Below, in pieces: positions 26,028 through 37,000 of a stretch of DNA of 64,000 nucleotides. The notes under the pieces are model-generated. The model made no database searches. It saw nothing but the letters and a program-made list of their open reading frames with translations, and was not told the DNA's origin. Numbering within the stretch: position 1 is the stretch's first letter; each line of letters opens with the position of its first letter. Source of the stretch: an uncultured Candidatus Cloacimonadota bacterium (GTDB lineage: Bacteria; Cloacimonadota; Cloacimonadia; Cloacimonadales; TCS61); contig CAYSSJ010000006.1 in NCBI GenBank assembly GCA_964433675.1, forward strand, positions 62,656 to 126,655. The letters are read 5' to 3'. Made by a program: the position numbers and the translations under genes.

Positions 26028-27466
26028 TGGGAACCTCCTATGCGAAGATCACGAAATCGCGCCATCGAAGCGCCATGTGTCATTCTACCGCGTTGACCGG
26101 GCTGACCTTTACCGCAGTTGGTCACGCCGAATGTTTTGAAAAATCTACTGTCACAGATGGCATCCACACTGTTCCAAAATTCCGGATTATTGGATTTGTA
26201 GAGGATTTTCTTCAGCGGTCTGATTTTTTTACCGTTTTTTATCTCCCAAAACATATCCCCGCCAAACTGAAAATTCACTCGATGCTGATCGATAGAGAAG
26301 CTGCCCTGTCCTTCGATATAGACCGCATCTTTACAATCGGCGATCAGATCATTCGGAGAGAGCTCCTCTTTGCCGGGTTGGAGATATAGATTGGGGATAC
26401 GATTTATGGGGAAGTCGAAATAATAGGTAGCCCGATTGCATCCCCGGCTCATATCCTGCCCGACAAAGGGCGCTGTAGCGCGAGTGGTACCATATTCATT
26501 CAAGATCCCAGCTTTGATGATATACCATTTTTGGGATGGAACTCCATCATCGTCATAGCCGGCAGTTGCCAATCCACCTTCGAGTGTATTGTCAGCTAAG
26601 AAATTGACGATCTCGCTTCCATAGCGGAAATTACCCAGTTTCTCGGGAGTAGCGAAACTGATGCCGGCAAAATCTGCTTCCCAACCCAGAACTCTATCCA
26701 ATTCGGTAGGATGCCCCACCGATTCGTGCATAGTGAGTCCGAGATGGATCGGATCGAGGATAACCGTGCGGCGCTCTTCTGCTCCCAAACTAGCGGCTTT
26801 CACCTTCATAATGGCTTCTTCCGCTACTTTCTCCGCCTTCTCCTGTAGATTCATACTACGGATATACTCCCAGCCACAAGCTCTGCCACCTTCACGGAAA
26901 CTGCGCGACTGACTCTCTTCCGGTGTGATCGCCGTAGCTCTGAACATCGGTTCGATATAGATTGTACAAATATCCAAGCGTGAACCGAGCGTGGAAGCAA
27001 AAAGTTTCTCATCTTTGGTACATTCCAAGATAAACATTGCCTGCTTGATCTGATCGTAGCTTAGAAGCGTTTTGTTTACCTCCATCATCATCTCCACTTT
27101 CTCATCGAGCGGTACGGTAAAGGGATCGATACAATGAGGCGTGCGATATGAATCGATATAACCGCGCTCATAAGCCAATTTGAGACCGTTATCATGTTTG
27201 AGTCGTTGTGACTGCTCTGCTATTATATACGCTCGCCTCGTAGTAGTTATCACCGCATCTTCTGTGAAAACATTACTATGCGCAAAGCCCCAGGCACCGT
27301 TCTTGAATACCCTGATACCGTAACCGTAGAGCTCGTGTAGCGAAGTTTTCTTCAAGCTGAGATTGCGCAAGAATATCACTTCCGACTGCGTCTTCTGGAT
27401 ACGGATATCAGCATAATCGGCACCCAAATTGTGGGCTTCCTGCATTGCCAAATCCAAATATTTCAT
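26024..27466 (-). CDS. tldD: TldD-family zinc metalloprotease
   Basis: 'LTMHESVGHPTELD' is the HExxxH motif. I chose the start at 27466 (AGGAGG lies 4 nt upstream). The track ORF extends to 27508. Confidence 0.8.
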   Translation of the reverse strand: MKYLDLAMQEAHNLGADYADIRIQKTQSEVIFLRNLSLKKTSLHELYGYGIRVFKNGAWGFAHSNVFTEDAVITTTRRAYIIAEQSQRLKHDNGLKLAYERGYIDSYRTPHCIDPFTVPLDEKVEMMMEVNKTLLSYDQIKQAMFILECTKDEKLFASTLGSRLDICTIYIEPMFRATAITPEESQSRSFREGGRACGWEYIRSMNLQEKAEKVAEEAIMKVKAASLGAEERRTVILDPIHLGLTMHESVGHPTELDRVLGWEADFAGISFATPEKLGNFRYGSEIVNFLADNTLEGGLATAGYDDDGVPSQKWYIIKAGILNEYGTTRATAPFVGQDMSRGCNRATYYFDFPINRIPNLYLQPGKEELSPNDLIADCKDAVYIEGQGSFSIDQHRVNFQFGGDMFWEIKNGKKIRPLKKILYKSNNPEFWNSVDAICDSRFFKTFGVTNCGKGQPGQRGRMTHGASMARFRDLRIGGSQ

Positions 27467-27550
27467 TGCTCCTCCTTGGGATTGCTTTAATCGTAACAAT
27501 TTCTTCATTTTTGTCTCATCCGGAAATCAATACAAATACTTCCATATTAC

Positions 27551-28291
27551 TCACTTATCATCTAAGATGAAACTAACTGTAAATCTGGTACTTATCGTTA
27601 TTTCGCCGAGTGCAATGGTAGATTCGGAGGCAGAATCGACACCGGTAGCACTTACACTCGCTCCCATAACACCACGTCCTCTCCAACCTTGTCTGCCTAA
27701 CATCTCATACAATGTACCATGTCTGGTCTGTTGTTCACGGATATCTTTCGGTTTTCCTACTTTCTGATCTAACTCCTGTGCAATTTTTTCTGCTTTCTCT
27801 TTGGCGTTTAGTATTGCTTGTCTACGAACTTCATCCTGATATTGCTTGAGTTCGGAATGGCCAAACTGAATATCTTGCACATAATTTACCCCGGCAGCGA
27901 GTGCATCGCTGAGCAGATCTTCGAATTTGGAGATATCTTTGAGTCTGAACAAGATCGATTTTCTCACAGCATAGCTCTCGATCTCATCTCCCCTACCTCT
28001 TTCGGTATATCGTGGGTTAATTGCGATATGATCGGTTTGCACATCTTGTGAGTCGATATCATATTTATCTGCCAGTGCCAACACTTTTCTCACACTCTCG
28101 TCATTCTGCGCTTTGGCTTCGCTCATTTCCCGATCGATCGTCTCCACACCGAAAAGCAGCACCACTTCATCGGGTACCACATTCACTTCGGCATTGCCGG
28201 TGACCGTAATCGAGCGAGGTTCGAGCGCTTCTGCAGCAACGAAGATAAGTAAAAATAGAGATAAGAATACAATCTTTTTTGTGTAACTCAT
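27551..28291 (-). CDS. SIMPL (DUF541) domain periplasmic protein
   Basis: 246 aa with a signal peptide. 'ITVTGNAEVNVVPDEVVLLFGVET' plus the coiled middle region are typical of SIMPL. Confidence 0.7.
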   Translation of the reverse strand: MSYTKKIVFLSLFLLIFVAAEALEPRSITVTGNAEVNVVPDEVVLLFGVETIDREMSEAKAQNDESVRKVLALADKYDIDSQDVQTDHIAINPRYTERGRGDEIESYAVRKSILFRLKDISKFEDLLSDALAAGVNYVQDIQFGHSELKQYQDEVRRQAILNAKEKAEKIAQELDQKVGKPKDIREQQTRHGTLYEMLGRQGWRGRGVMGASVSATGVDSASESTIALGEITISTRFTVSFILDDK

Positions 28292-28563
28292 ACCAACCTC
28301 CTGTAAACATGTTCCTTTATTTATTAAAGGTTGTATTAAATTTATTTTTTAGAAGAATGTAGTCAAGCGAAAAAATATAGATAAGCTGATAATGGCGATT
28401 AAAGCCATCTAAACTAAGAATATGTTTGGTAAATTACTATTTTATTATGAAATAAAGATGATTTTACTTGACGGGTTTTAGGTAGTATTGTTTTGTGTTC
28501 GCTGAATGTAAAAGCTTCTTAAGTTTAATACATTCAGTAAGAAAAAAAAGGAGTAAGAAGAAG

Positions 28564-28842
28564 ATGGTGAAAACCTTATTTGTTGGCAACTTGCCATTCA
28601 ATGTAACAGAAGAAGAAGTTTCCGGCTTGTTTAAAGAGCATGGAACAGTCCAGTCGGTCAAAATTATCAAAGACCGAGAAACCGGGAGATCCCGTGGTTT
28701 TGCATTTGTGGAAATGGAAGCTGAAGAAGCACAGAAAGCTATTCAGGCATTAGACGGAACAGAACTAGAAGGCAGAGCATTACGTATCAATGAAGCAAAA
28801 GAGAAACGCAATGATCGCCCTAATAATCGACAACGTTACTAA
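28564..28842 (+). CDS. RRM-type RNA-binding protein
   Basis: RNP2 'LFVGNL' and RNP1 'RGFAFVEM'. I chose the start at 28564 (AAGGAG upstream). The track ORF starts at 28495. Confidence 0.85.
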   Translation: MVKTLFVGNLPFNVTEEEVSGLFKEHGTVQSVKIIKDRETGRSRGFAFVEMEAEEAQKAIQALDGTELEGRALRINEAKEKRNDRPNNRQRY

Positions 28843-28868
28843 ACAGTAATCCTAAAATATATGGATGG

Positions 28869-28899
28869 AATGCACGGATTAATTTCCGTGCATTTTTTT
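28869..28899. terminator. bidirectional hairpin terminator between convergent genes
   Basis: AATGCACGGA-ttaatt-TCCGTGCATT followed by T7. The left arm and loop contain the last codons and stop of the minus-strand amylase gene. Confidence 0.65.
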
Positions 28900-31344
28900 A
28901 TGTTTCAATATCAGTCCGGAATATCCGGCAATACTCAGACTCTCTCGATAATCTGCTGATCTGATCAGGTCTGTTAAAATAACTTCTCGAGGTAGAGCTA
29001 GTTTTCTTCTTCTATTCTCGTTATTTATCACCACCAGAATCTTTTCTTCATTATAAACACGCCAAAATGCTATCAATTTACCACGACAGAGATAAGGGAC
29101 ATATTTTCCCAATCTCAGAGCTGGGTGTCTCTTTCTAATCTTGATAAGTTCGGAGTAGTAATTTTTCAGCGAAACTGCCTGCTCATCATTCTCATAATTC
29201 CAGTTCATCGGTCGCCTGTTCTCCGGATCATTTCCACCGAGTGTGCCAATCTCATCTCCATAAAAAATATGCGGGATTCCCACAAAAGTCATTTGAAACA
29301 GAATAGCCAGTTTCATTAGCGAGTCATTCTCTTTTACGGATTGCAAAAAGCGGTGTGTATCATGACAATCCAAAAGATTCATCATCACAGTGGAGTTTTG
29401 ATATGGATAATGAGCCAGTCCGGTGAGCAGTTCTTTTTCGAACTGAACAGCATCATATTGGCGCATAGCAAAGAAATGCATCACAGGTTCTCGAAAGTAT
29501 TTATAATTCATGACCGCATCGAAATAGCACTCGTTCACCCATTTTTCCGGTTCATGCCAAATCTCGCCAACCAGATAGATATCGGATTTTACCTGCTTCA
29601 TCTCTTGGCGGAATATTTCCCAAAACCAAAACGGAACTTCATTGGGCACATCCAGTCTGAATCCATCTATATCGAATTCTCTCAACCAGAATTTTCCCAC
29701 CGAAAGTAGAAAATCTACCACTTCCCGATTCACCTCTGCTTTTTCGATATCGGTTATACTATTCTCCACGGGATGCGGGCGGCTGGTATCATAATCCAGA
29801 TCGGGCAGTGTGGAATGCCCCCACCAGCATTGATAATACTGCAGTGGATCGAAATTATCCGGTAATGGTTTCGGGATGGGCCATTTCTTCCATTCGAACC
29901 ATTTGTAATATTTGGAGTCCGGTCCTTTTTGCAAGCTATCCTGAAATTGCTGGCTGGCTACTCCTACATGATTGAAGGCAAAATCTACGATGACTTTTAT
30001 ATCGGCTGCGTGAAATTTCTCTACCAATCTTTTGAAATCTTCGTTTGAGCCGAAATGTGGATCGATGGTGAAATAATCTATCGTATCGTATTTATGGTTG
30101 GACTCTGCCTTCACCAAAGGATTAAAATAGATAATATCAACACCGAGCCCTTTGAGGTACTCCAGTTTTTGTTCTACTCCGATCAGATCACCACCATAAA
30201 AAAGATGATGTCTGTTTTCATCTTCCTTCAATCTCTTCTGATCGTACCAATCCTTTACAAACCGGTACTTACCTTCCCTGGCAGCTTCTGAGAGATAGTT
30301 CTGCTCACTATAATACCACTCGGAGAAATCGGGATTCAAAGCATGCTTACCATTACAAAACCGGTCACAGAATATCTGATAGATAATCCCATGCTTTGCC
30401 CAATCGGGAGTCATCATTTTGTGCAGATCATTTTTATCGAACCGAAAAGCTTTCTGCTCATCTATATCTTCACTGAATCCTTCTCTATGGAGATATATTC
30501 TCTTTCCTCCATCCTGATAGATGAAATAGTATGAAAAAACCTGAGGTAGATCTGTACTATCGACAATGATATGATAAAATTCAAACACATCGTTTTGATC
30601 GTACAAGTGCATCTTATACTCTCTACCTTGTAGTATGAGGTAAACCGTTTGGACATCGTTTTTGTAAGCTTTGGCTCCGAAATCCAGTTCGGAATCGGAT
30701 ATAGGACTAATCTGCCTCGAAGTCTGCCGAGTTTCTATCCCATAGGTATGAATCTCCCCATTACCTCGCTTAGATCGCAAAGCCGGGAATCTGTCATCCA
30801 CCACGATGACTGCATCTTGACTTCCCATACCATCATCCACCAATTTTTTTGCCTGCGGATCGGTCAGCCATTTACCATCGACAAAGAACTTGTAATGATA
30901 TTTTCCTTCCTCAAGCAGAATGGTGATATGATAAACTCCATCTTCATCCATCTCCATCTTATCTCTGCCGATATCCCAGTCGTTAAATGATCCCACCAGA
31001 AATAGCGATTCCGCCTGCTCCTCCGACTTATATGAGAAATGAACATAATGGATGGTGGGAGTCTCTTCACCGACGATGACCACTGAATTCCAATCTCCAA
31101 AACCGTCTTCGCGAAAATGCTTGGCAGACTCATCGGTGATCCATTTCCCATCTACGATAAATTTGTAGGCATATTTTCCTTTGGGAAGCTCAAGTGTGAT
31201 GGTATAATAGCCATCTTCGGGATTCATCTTCAGCTCTTGGGGACGCCAATCATTGAAATCGCCCGTCAGATAGACCTCATGTTCACCACCGATAGGTGGA
31301 ATATATTCAAACCTGGTCGAAACTGTGTTTTTATCTTTCTGCAA
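28879..31344 (-). CDS. GH13 alpha-amylase-family enzyme (neopullulanase/cyclomaltodextrinase-like) with two N-terminal CBM48-like modules
   Basis: Tandem 'LTGDFNDW...YKFIVDGKW' and 'LVGSFNDW...YKFFVDGKW' modules. GH13 regions are 'DFAFNHVG', 'GFRLDVPNE', 'LVGEIWH' and 'LLDCHDTHR'. I prefer a TTG start at 31344 (AAGGAG 6 nt upstream). The track ORF runs to 31488 and would overlap the glgP start. Confidence 0.8.
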   Translation of the reverse strand: MQKDKNTVSTRFEYIPPIGGEHEVYLTGDFNDWRPQELKMNPEDGYYTITLELPKGKYAYKFIVDGKWITDESAKHFREDGFGDWNSVVIVGEETPTIHYVHFSYKSEEQAESLFLVGSFNDWDIGRDKMEMDEDGVYHITILLEEGKYHYKFFVDGKWLTDPQAKKLVDDGMGSQDAVIVVDDRFPALRSKRGNGEIHTYGIETRQTSRQISPISDSELDFGAKAYKNDVQTVYLILQGREYKMHLYDQNDVFEFYHIIVDSTDLPQVFSYYFIYQDGGKRIYLHREGFSEDIDEQKAFRFDKNDLHKMMTPDWAKHGIIYQIFCDRFCNGKHALNPDFSEWYYSEQNYLSEAAREGKYRFVKDWYDQKRLKEDENRHHLFYGGDLIGVEQKLEYLKGLGVDIIYFNPLVKAESNHKYDTIDYFTIDPHFGSNEDFKRLVEKFHAADIKVIVDFAFNHVGVASQQFQDSLQKGPDSKYYKWFEWKKWPIPKPLPDNFDPLQYYQCWWGHSTLPDLDYDTSRPHPVENSITDIEKAEVNREVVDFLLSVGKFWLREFDIDGFRLDVPNEVPFWFWEIFRQEMKQVKSDIYLVGEIWHEPEKWVNECYFDAVMNYKYFREPVMHFFAMRQYDAVQFEKELLTGLAHYPYQNSTVMMNLLDCHDTHRFLQSVKENDSLMKLAILFQMTFVGIPHIFYGDEIGTLGGNDPENRRPMNWNYENDEQAVSLKNYYSELIKIRKRHPALRLGKYVPYLCRGKLIAFWRVYNEEKILVVINNENRRRKLALPREVILTDLIRSADYRESLSIAGYSGLILKHKKMHGN

Positions 31345-31465
31345 AATCCACTCCTTTACATCATTGAGCTTCCAATATACAAAGCAGGAAACAGAGTCAA
31401 TAAAAAAATATGATATTGACAAATAAATGCTTGTAGAAAAATATATTATCGAATAGGAGGTAGAT

Positions 31466-34018
31466 ATGGGAAACAACATAAATTTCAAGCATTTCTATGT
31501 GCAGCCGAAATTACCGCAAACACTGGAGCCTTTGATGGAGCTGGCGCAAAACATTTGGTCTAGCTGGGATCCGGATGCTTACCGATTGTTTAGTAGAATA
31601 AATCCGGTATTGTTCAGAAAATTCAACCACAATCCGGTGAAACTACTACAAAAGGTATCGGAATCCAGGTTGAATGAACTGTCCAAAGATGTCGGTTTTA
31701 TCAACGAATTGAACATGGTGCACCACAAGTTCAAAACCTATCTTAAATATGAAGGTCATTATTTGAGCGAATCCGGAGAAAACAAACCGTTTGAAGATGA
31801 TTTCGTCATTGCTTATTATTCGATGGAATATGGACTACAGGAATCACTACCCATCTACTCTGGCGGATTAGGAGTATTATCCGGCGACTATCTGAAAGCT
31901 GCCTCCGATCTGGGTATGCCGCTGATTGCTTTTGGATTGCTCTATCGGTATGGTTACTTTATCCAGAAGATAAATATAGATGGTATGCAGGAAGAAGTGT
32001 ATGAAGAGAACGAATGGTATTCCAAACCGGTTCAGATAGTCAAAGACGAACGGGGAAATGATCTGATTGTGGAGCTAAAAGTTGCTAAAGAGACTATCTA
32101 TCTCAAAGCTTGGAAAATAAATGTGGGTAAAATAGACTTGTATCTTTTAGATACGGATATCGAGAAGAACGATGCCAAACATCGCCGCATAACAGATCAT
32201 CTTTATGTATCGGACAAAGAGATGCGTCTGTTACAAGAGATTGTGTTGGCTTTTGGCTCTTTGGAACTTATGGAAAAACTCGATATCAAACCGACTATTC
32301 ATCATATGAACGAAGGTCACTCGGCTTTTCTGATCATCAAAAGGTTGAAGCAATTAATGTCGAGAGATTCGTTTAGTTTCGACAAAGCAGTAGATCTGAT
32401 CAAAGCCAGCACAGTTTTCACTACTCACACACCAGTACCGGCTGGGAACGAAACTTTCGAGATGGACTTGGTAGAACAATATATGTCTGCCGAATTAGCC
32501 GGATGTAATATCAGTTTCGCTGAGTTTAAAAATTTTGCTGCCATGCCCGATCAAGAGGGCTTTTCTATGCCGGCTCTCGCTATCCGCTTTTCCTGCTATG
32601 TAAATGGAGTATCCAAACTACACAGCCTGGTATCCAAAAAAATGTGGCATCCTATCTATCCCCAACTTTATGAAGATGAGATGCCGATAGAAGCCATTAC
32701 AAACGGTGTTCATATCCAAAGCTGGCTGAGTAGAAATATCAGTGTGTTATTCAACCGTTATCTGGGACCGAATTACCTCCATACGGCTGAAGATAAATCA
32801 TTGTGGGAAAATATATTCTCTATCCCGGACAATGAGATCTGGGAAGCGCATCAGACCAGAAAAGCTCAGATGATAAACTTCATCCGTTCGCGATTGAAGG
32901 ATAGCTTGGTAGTGAAAGGAGCGGGAGAGTCCTCCGCCGAAATCGTGAGCTCGATTATCAATTTGAACTATCTGACTATTGGTTTTGCCCGTCGTTTCGC
33001 ATCTTACAAACGTGCCAATCTGCTACTGCAAGACAAAAACAGACTGCTCAGATTACTGAATCACAGCAGCAGACCGATCCAGTTTATCTTCGCCGGCAAA
33101 GCTCACCCGGCAGATGAGAAGGGAAAAGCGGCGGTGAAAGAACTGATCGATTTTGCGCATGAGAACAAGGTGGAAGATAGATTCGTCTTTATAGAAGATT
33201 ATGATATCAATGTAGCACGCCATCTTGTGCAAGGTGTGGATGTCTGGCTCAATAACCCGCAAAAACCGAATGAAGCGAGCGGTACTTCCGGCATGAAAGC
33301 CGGTATAAACGGAGTTTTGAATTGTAGTGTATTGGATGGCTGGTGGCCCGAATGTTACCATCCAAAAAACGGCTGGGCTATCAAATCTTATGAGTCTGTT
33401 TCCGAGAAAGCTATCCGGGATGATTTGGAAGCATCAGAATTATACGATATTCTCGAGTATGAGATCGCTAAACTATATTACAACAAAGATCAAAACGGAC
33501 TACCACATCATTGGGTAGAGATGATGAAACAATCTATCCACGATGTTGGACGGGGATTTAATATGCATCGGATGTTACGCGAATATTTGGATAAATTCTA
33601 TCTAACAAGTTTTGCTAATCTGCAAAAGATCTACAAGAATGATTTTGCTGAGTTAAGCAACATCCAAGAGCTAAAAAAAGAGATCGCAGATGTTTGGGAT
33701 AAGATAAAGATAGAGCATTTTGAGATCGAGATTGAAGAGAACAAAACCATCGTCAGTGGTGAGAAAGTAAAGGTGAATGGTTCTATCAATCTGGGTAAAG
33801 CTCGAGCGGAAATTTTCACACTCGAACTATTTTATCGTTATAACAATCATCAGCACGAGATCATACCATTAGAATTCGAAGAACAAAAGAATAACACCGC
33901 TTATTTTCAGGGTGAACTTATCGTCAAAGGTGCCGGCAGACAGAGTTTCAATCTGCGAGTTTGCCCCAAACCCTATCTTTTCAAAAGATTCAGAGAATAT
34001 GTTCGTTGGTATTATTAA
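31466..34018 (+). CDS. glgP: alpha-glucan (glycogen/maltodextrin) phosphorylase, GT35
   Basis: 850 aa. 'MEYGL...PIYSGGLGVLSGD', 'FTTHTPVPAGNE', 'FARRFASYKR' and the PLP-lysine block 'EASGTSGMKA'. Confidence 0.85.
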   Translation: MGNNINFKHFYVQPKLPQTLEPLMELAQNIWSSWDPDAYRLFSRINPVLFRKFNHNPVKLLQKVSESRLNELSKDVGFINELNMVHHKFKTYLKYEGHYLSESGENKPFEDDFVIAYYSMEYGLQESLPIYSGGLGVLSGDYLKAASDLGMPLIAFGLLYRYGYFIQKINIDGMQEEVYEENEWYSKPVQIVKDERGNDLIVELKVAKETIYLKAWKINVGKIDLYLLDTDIEKNDAKHRRITDHLYVSDKEMRLLQEIVLAFGSLELMEKLDIKPTIHHMNEGHSAFLIIKRLKQLMSRDSFSFDKAVDLIKASTVFTTHTPVPAGNETFEMDLVEQYMSAELAGCNISFAEFKNFAAMPDQEGFSMPALAIRFSCYVNGVSKLHSLVSKKMWHPIYPQLYEDEMPIEAITNGVHIQSWLSRNISVLFNRYLGPNYLHTAEDKSLWENIFSIPDNEIWEAHQTRKAQMINFIRSRLKDSLVVKGAGESSAEIVSSIINLNYLTIGFARRFASYKRANLLLQDKNRLLRLLNHSSRPIQFIFAGKAHPADEKGKAAVKELIDFAHENKVEDRFVFIEDYDINVARHLVQGVDVWLNNPQKPNEASGTSGMKAGINGVLNCSVLDGWWPECYHPKNGWAIKSYESVSEKAIRDDLEASELYDILEYEIAKLYYNKDQNGLPHHWVEMMKQSIHDVGRGFNMHRMLREYLDKFYLTSFANLQKIYKNDFAELSNIQELKKEIADVWDKIKIEHFEIEIEENKTIVSGEKVKVNGSINLGKARAEIFTLELFYRYNNHQHEIIPLEFEEQKNNTAYFQGELIVKGAGRQSFNLRVCPKPYLFKRFREYVRWYY

Positions 34019-34020
34019 TA

Positions 34021-37000
34021 ATGTTTGAAAAAAGCAAAGTTATGAAAGGATTGATTCTCAACCGGAAATTCATAAAAAATTATGAGAGTATCAGCGAGTG
34101 CAAAAATGCCTCCGGCAGATTGGATTGTGCTGATCCTCAAAAGCTTAGCAAAGTGATCCATAAGATCAATCGGCAAAAAGAAGCTGAACATAGCCAAACT
34201 TATCGACCGGGGGAATTGCAGGCGATTATCATCTTAAATTCTATCAACAGATATATCTTCAGGAAATTTGCTCATACACTCTATCCGGAATTCTCAGATA
34301 CATTTATCAAAAGGCTCGAAACTGATGCAAGGGGAGCATTAGAAAGATTAGCGCGTCGGTTTAAAGATAATTTTGTACCTTTCGATGGAATAGAAAAACC
34401 AATCGGGATCATAGAAGAAGCAATTCTGCTCAATGTGTTGAGCGATAACAAGGCAGCTGCTCGCTATTGCGAACTTTTCGATGGCACCTTATTGGAAGAA
34501 TCGAAAGATTATCAGAAACTGCTCACCTCTTTCGAACTTAGCTGCGATAGCTATCCATTACCGAATTCAAAAGAGAAGAATCTGATTGCTTTTCTGAAGA
34601 AACCTGCCAAACTCTATCCGGACTCACTGCTTCATCAGCTCAAGTATATCAGTAGCAACTGGACAGAAATGCTCGAAGATTTCTTGGATGATATCCTTAA
34701 AAGAATCGACCTTTTACAAGAGGAGGAGAAAACTCGTTTCGCCGGTCCTGCTGCAGCGCAGTCTTACACTTTTTCAGATGAAGAAGAGGCGAGCGAAAAT
34801 TTTTCTGAGGACAAAAATTGGATGCCCCGCTTGGTGATGTTAGCCAAGAGTACTTATGTTTGGCTCAGTCAGCTTAGACGTAAGTATCAACGCTCTATTT
34901 ATCATCTGGACGATATACCGGAAGAGGAGTTAGCTCTACTTGCCAAGCATGGCTTTACGGGTTTGTGGCTTATTGGTATCTGGGAACGTAGTGCTACCTC
35001 TGCCAAGATCAAACGTCTGATGGGTGACCATGATGCTATCGCTTCTGCTTATTCTCTGAAGAATTATCGAGTTGCCGAAGCTTTGGGCGGAGAAGCTGCC
35101 ATGAACAGACTCAAAGAGAAGGCAGCCCGCTATAATATCCGCATCGCCTGTGATATGGTTCCCAATCATACCGGTTTGGATTCCGACTGGATGATCGATC
35201 ACCCGGACTGGTTTCTGCAACTCGATCATTCACCTTTCCCTTCCTACACATTTTCCAAACATAATCTCTCCGAACATGAAGATATCGAGGTCTATCTCGA
35301 AGATAAATATTATGATAGGTCAGATGCAGCGGTAGTATTTAAGTATTATGATCATAGAGATAACAGAACCAGATATATCTACCATGGGAATGATGGTACT
35401 CATATGCCTTGGAATGATACAGCTCAATTGAATTATCTCAAAGAGGAAGTAAGAGAAGCTGTTATCCACACAATCGTCGAAATTGCCAAAAGCTTTCCGA
35501 TCATCCGTTTCGATGCTGCAATGACACTGGCGAAAAAGCATTACCAGCGACTTTGGTTCCCACAGCCCGGCAGCGGTGGCGATATACCATCCCGCTCTCA
35601 GTTTTCTATGAGCAAAGAGGAATTCGCTAAACTTATGCCTGCTGAATTTTGGAGACAAGTGGTGGATAGAATTGCTCTCGAAGCACCGGACACATTGCTG
35701 CTGGCAGAAGCATTTTGGATGATGGAAGGTTATTTCGTTCGCACACTCGGAATGCATCGAGTGTACAACAGTGCATTTATGAATATGCTCAAAGAGGAAG
35801 ATAATGCCAAATACAGAAAATCGATCTATAATATCTTAAACTATAACCCGGAAATCCTGAAGAGATTTGTTAACTTTATGAGCAATCCGGATGAAGAGAC
35901 AGCGATCGAGCAATTCGGTGTGGATGATAAATACTTTGGTGTCTGCATCCTCATGTGCACAATGCCCGGTTTACCGATGTTCGCCCACGGACAGATAGAA
36001 GGATTAAAAGAACGCTATGGGATGGAATACAAAGAACCACAGTGGGATGAATCAGAAAATCGACCTTTGATCGTAAGACACAAAACAGAGATATTTCCGC
36101 TTCTGAAAAAACGATATCTCTTTGCTGAAGTGAATGATTTCGTCCTCTACGATTTTATCACCGCCAGTGGAGCAGTTAACGAAAATGTCTTTGTCTATTC
36201 GAACAACTATGAGAATGAAGCTGCCTTGGTAGTTTACAACAACAAATATGAACAAGCTTCCGGAAAGCTCCATATTGCATATAGATACAGAAAAGATGAT
36301 AATGGTAACCTAATCAAAACTTCTATCGACATAGCAAAAGCCTTGAAGCTGGATAATAATCCTAATTGTTATGCTATTTTCAGAGATAATATCTCCGGAT
36401 TGGAATATCTGAAAAACTGTAAGGATCTACATCAAAGTGGTATCTTCCTAGATTTGAAGGCTTTTAAATATTTCGTCTTTGCAGATATTCGCCAAGTATA
36501 TGATGAGAACGGGCAATATAGCGAACTGGCACATCATTTGAGTGGTGGAGGCATACCCAGTATCAGTAAAGCTATCAAGCGGAAGAATTTCAAGCCGCTT
36601 CTGAGAAGATTCACCGCTCTTATCTCCAAAGAAACCACCAAAAAACTACTCGAACTAAAAAGTGCTAAAACGGGTATGATGAAACATTTTGAAGCTGAGA
36701 TGTGTATCCGGATAATTGACTTTTTGGATGAAATGGAGAAAAAGATATCTTTTGAAGTTTCTAAGGAAGATATTTACGAAAAAATCAGTCATAATATGAT
36801 AACTTGGTTGCAAAATGATCACATCGATCTGCTTGGGAAAAGACTCTCTGGCAAATTAGCGGATTGTAAAACCCTACGGATACTTACACTCTATTGGATT
36901 TATCTGCATCCCATCGCTGAGTATAGTAGCTCAGCTAGCGATAATATTCTCTCCGATTTGCTTCTTGATGAGCTCATAGAGCAAAACATAGTCGAAATGA

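Noticed and set aside
31345-31488. N-terminal 48 codons of the track ORF for the CBM48-GH13 enzyme (MKFMLFPISTSYSIIYF...).
   Set aside because: This stretch would overlap the divergent glgP start and its promoter/RBS region. It is low-complexity (S/I/Y/F-rich) and lacks an RBS, whereas AAGGAG-N6-TTG at 31344 gives a sensible start just before the first CBM48 module.
33961-34020. Upstream extension of the large GH13-like ORF overlapping the 3' end of glgP.
   Set aside because: The ATG at 34021 immediately follows the glgP stop codon, whereas the extension lies within glgP coding sequence in another frame.
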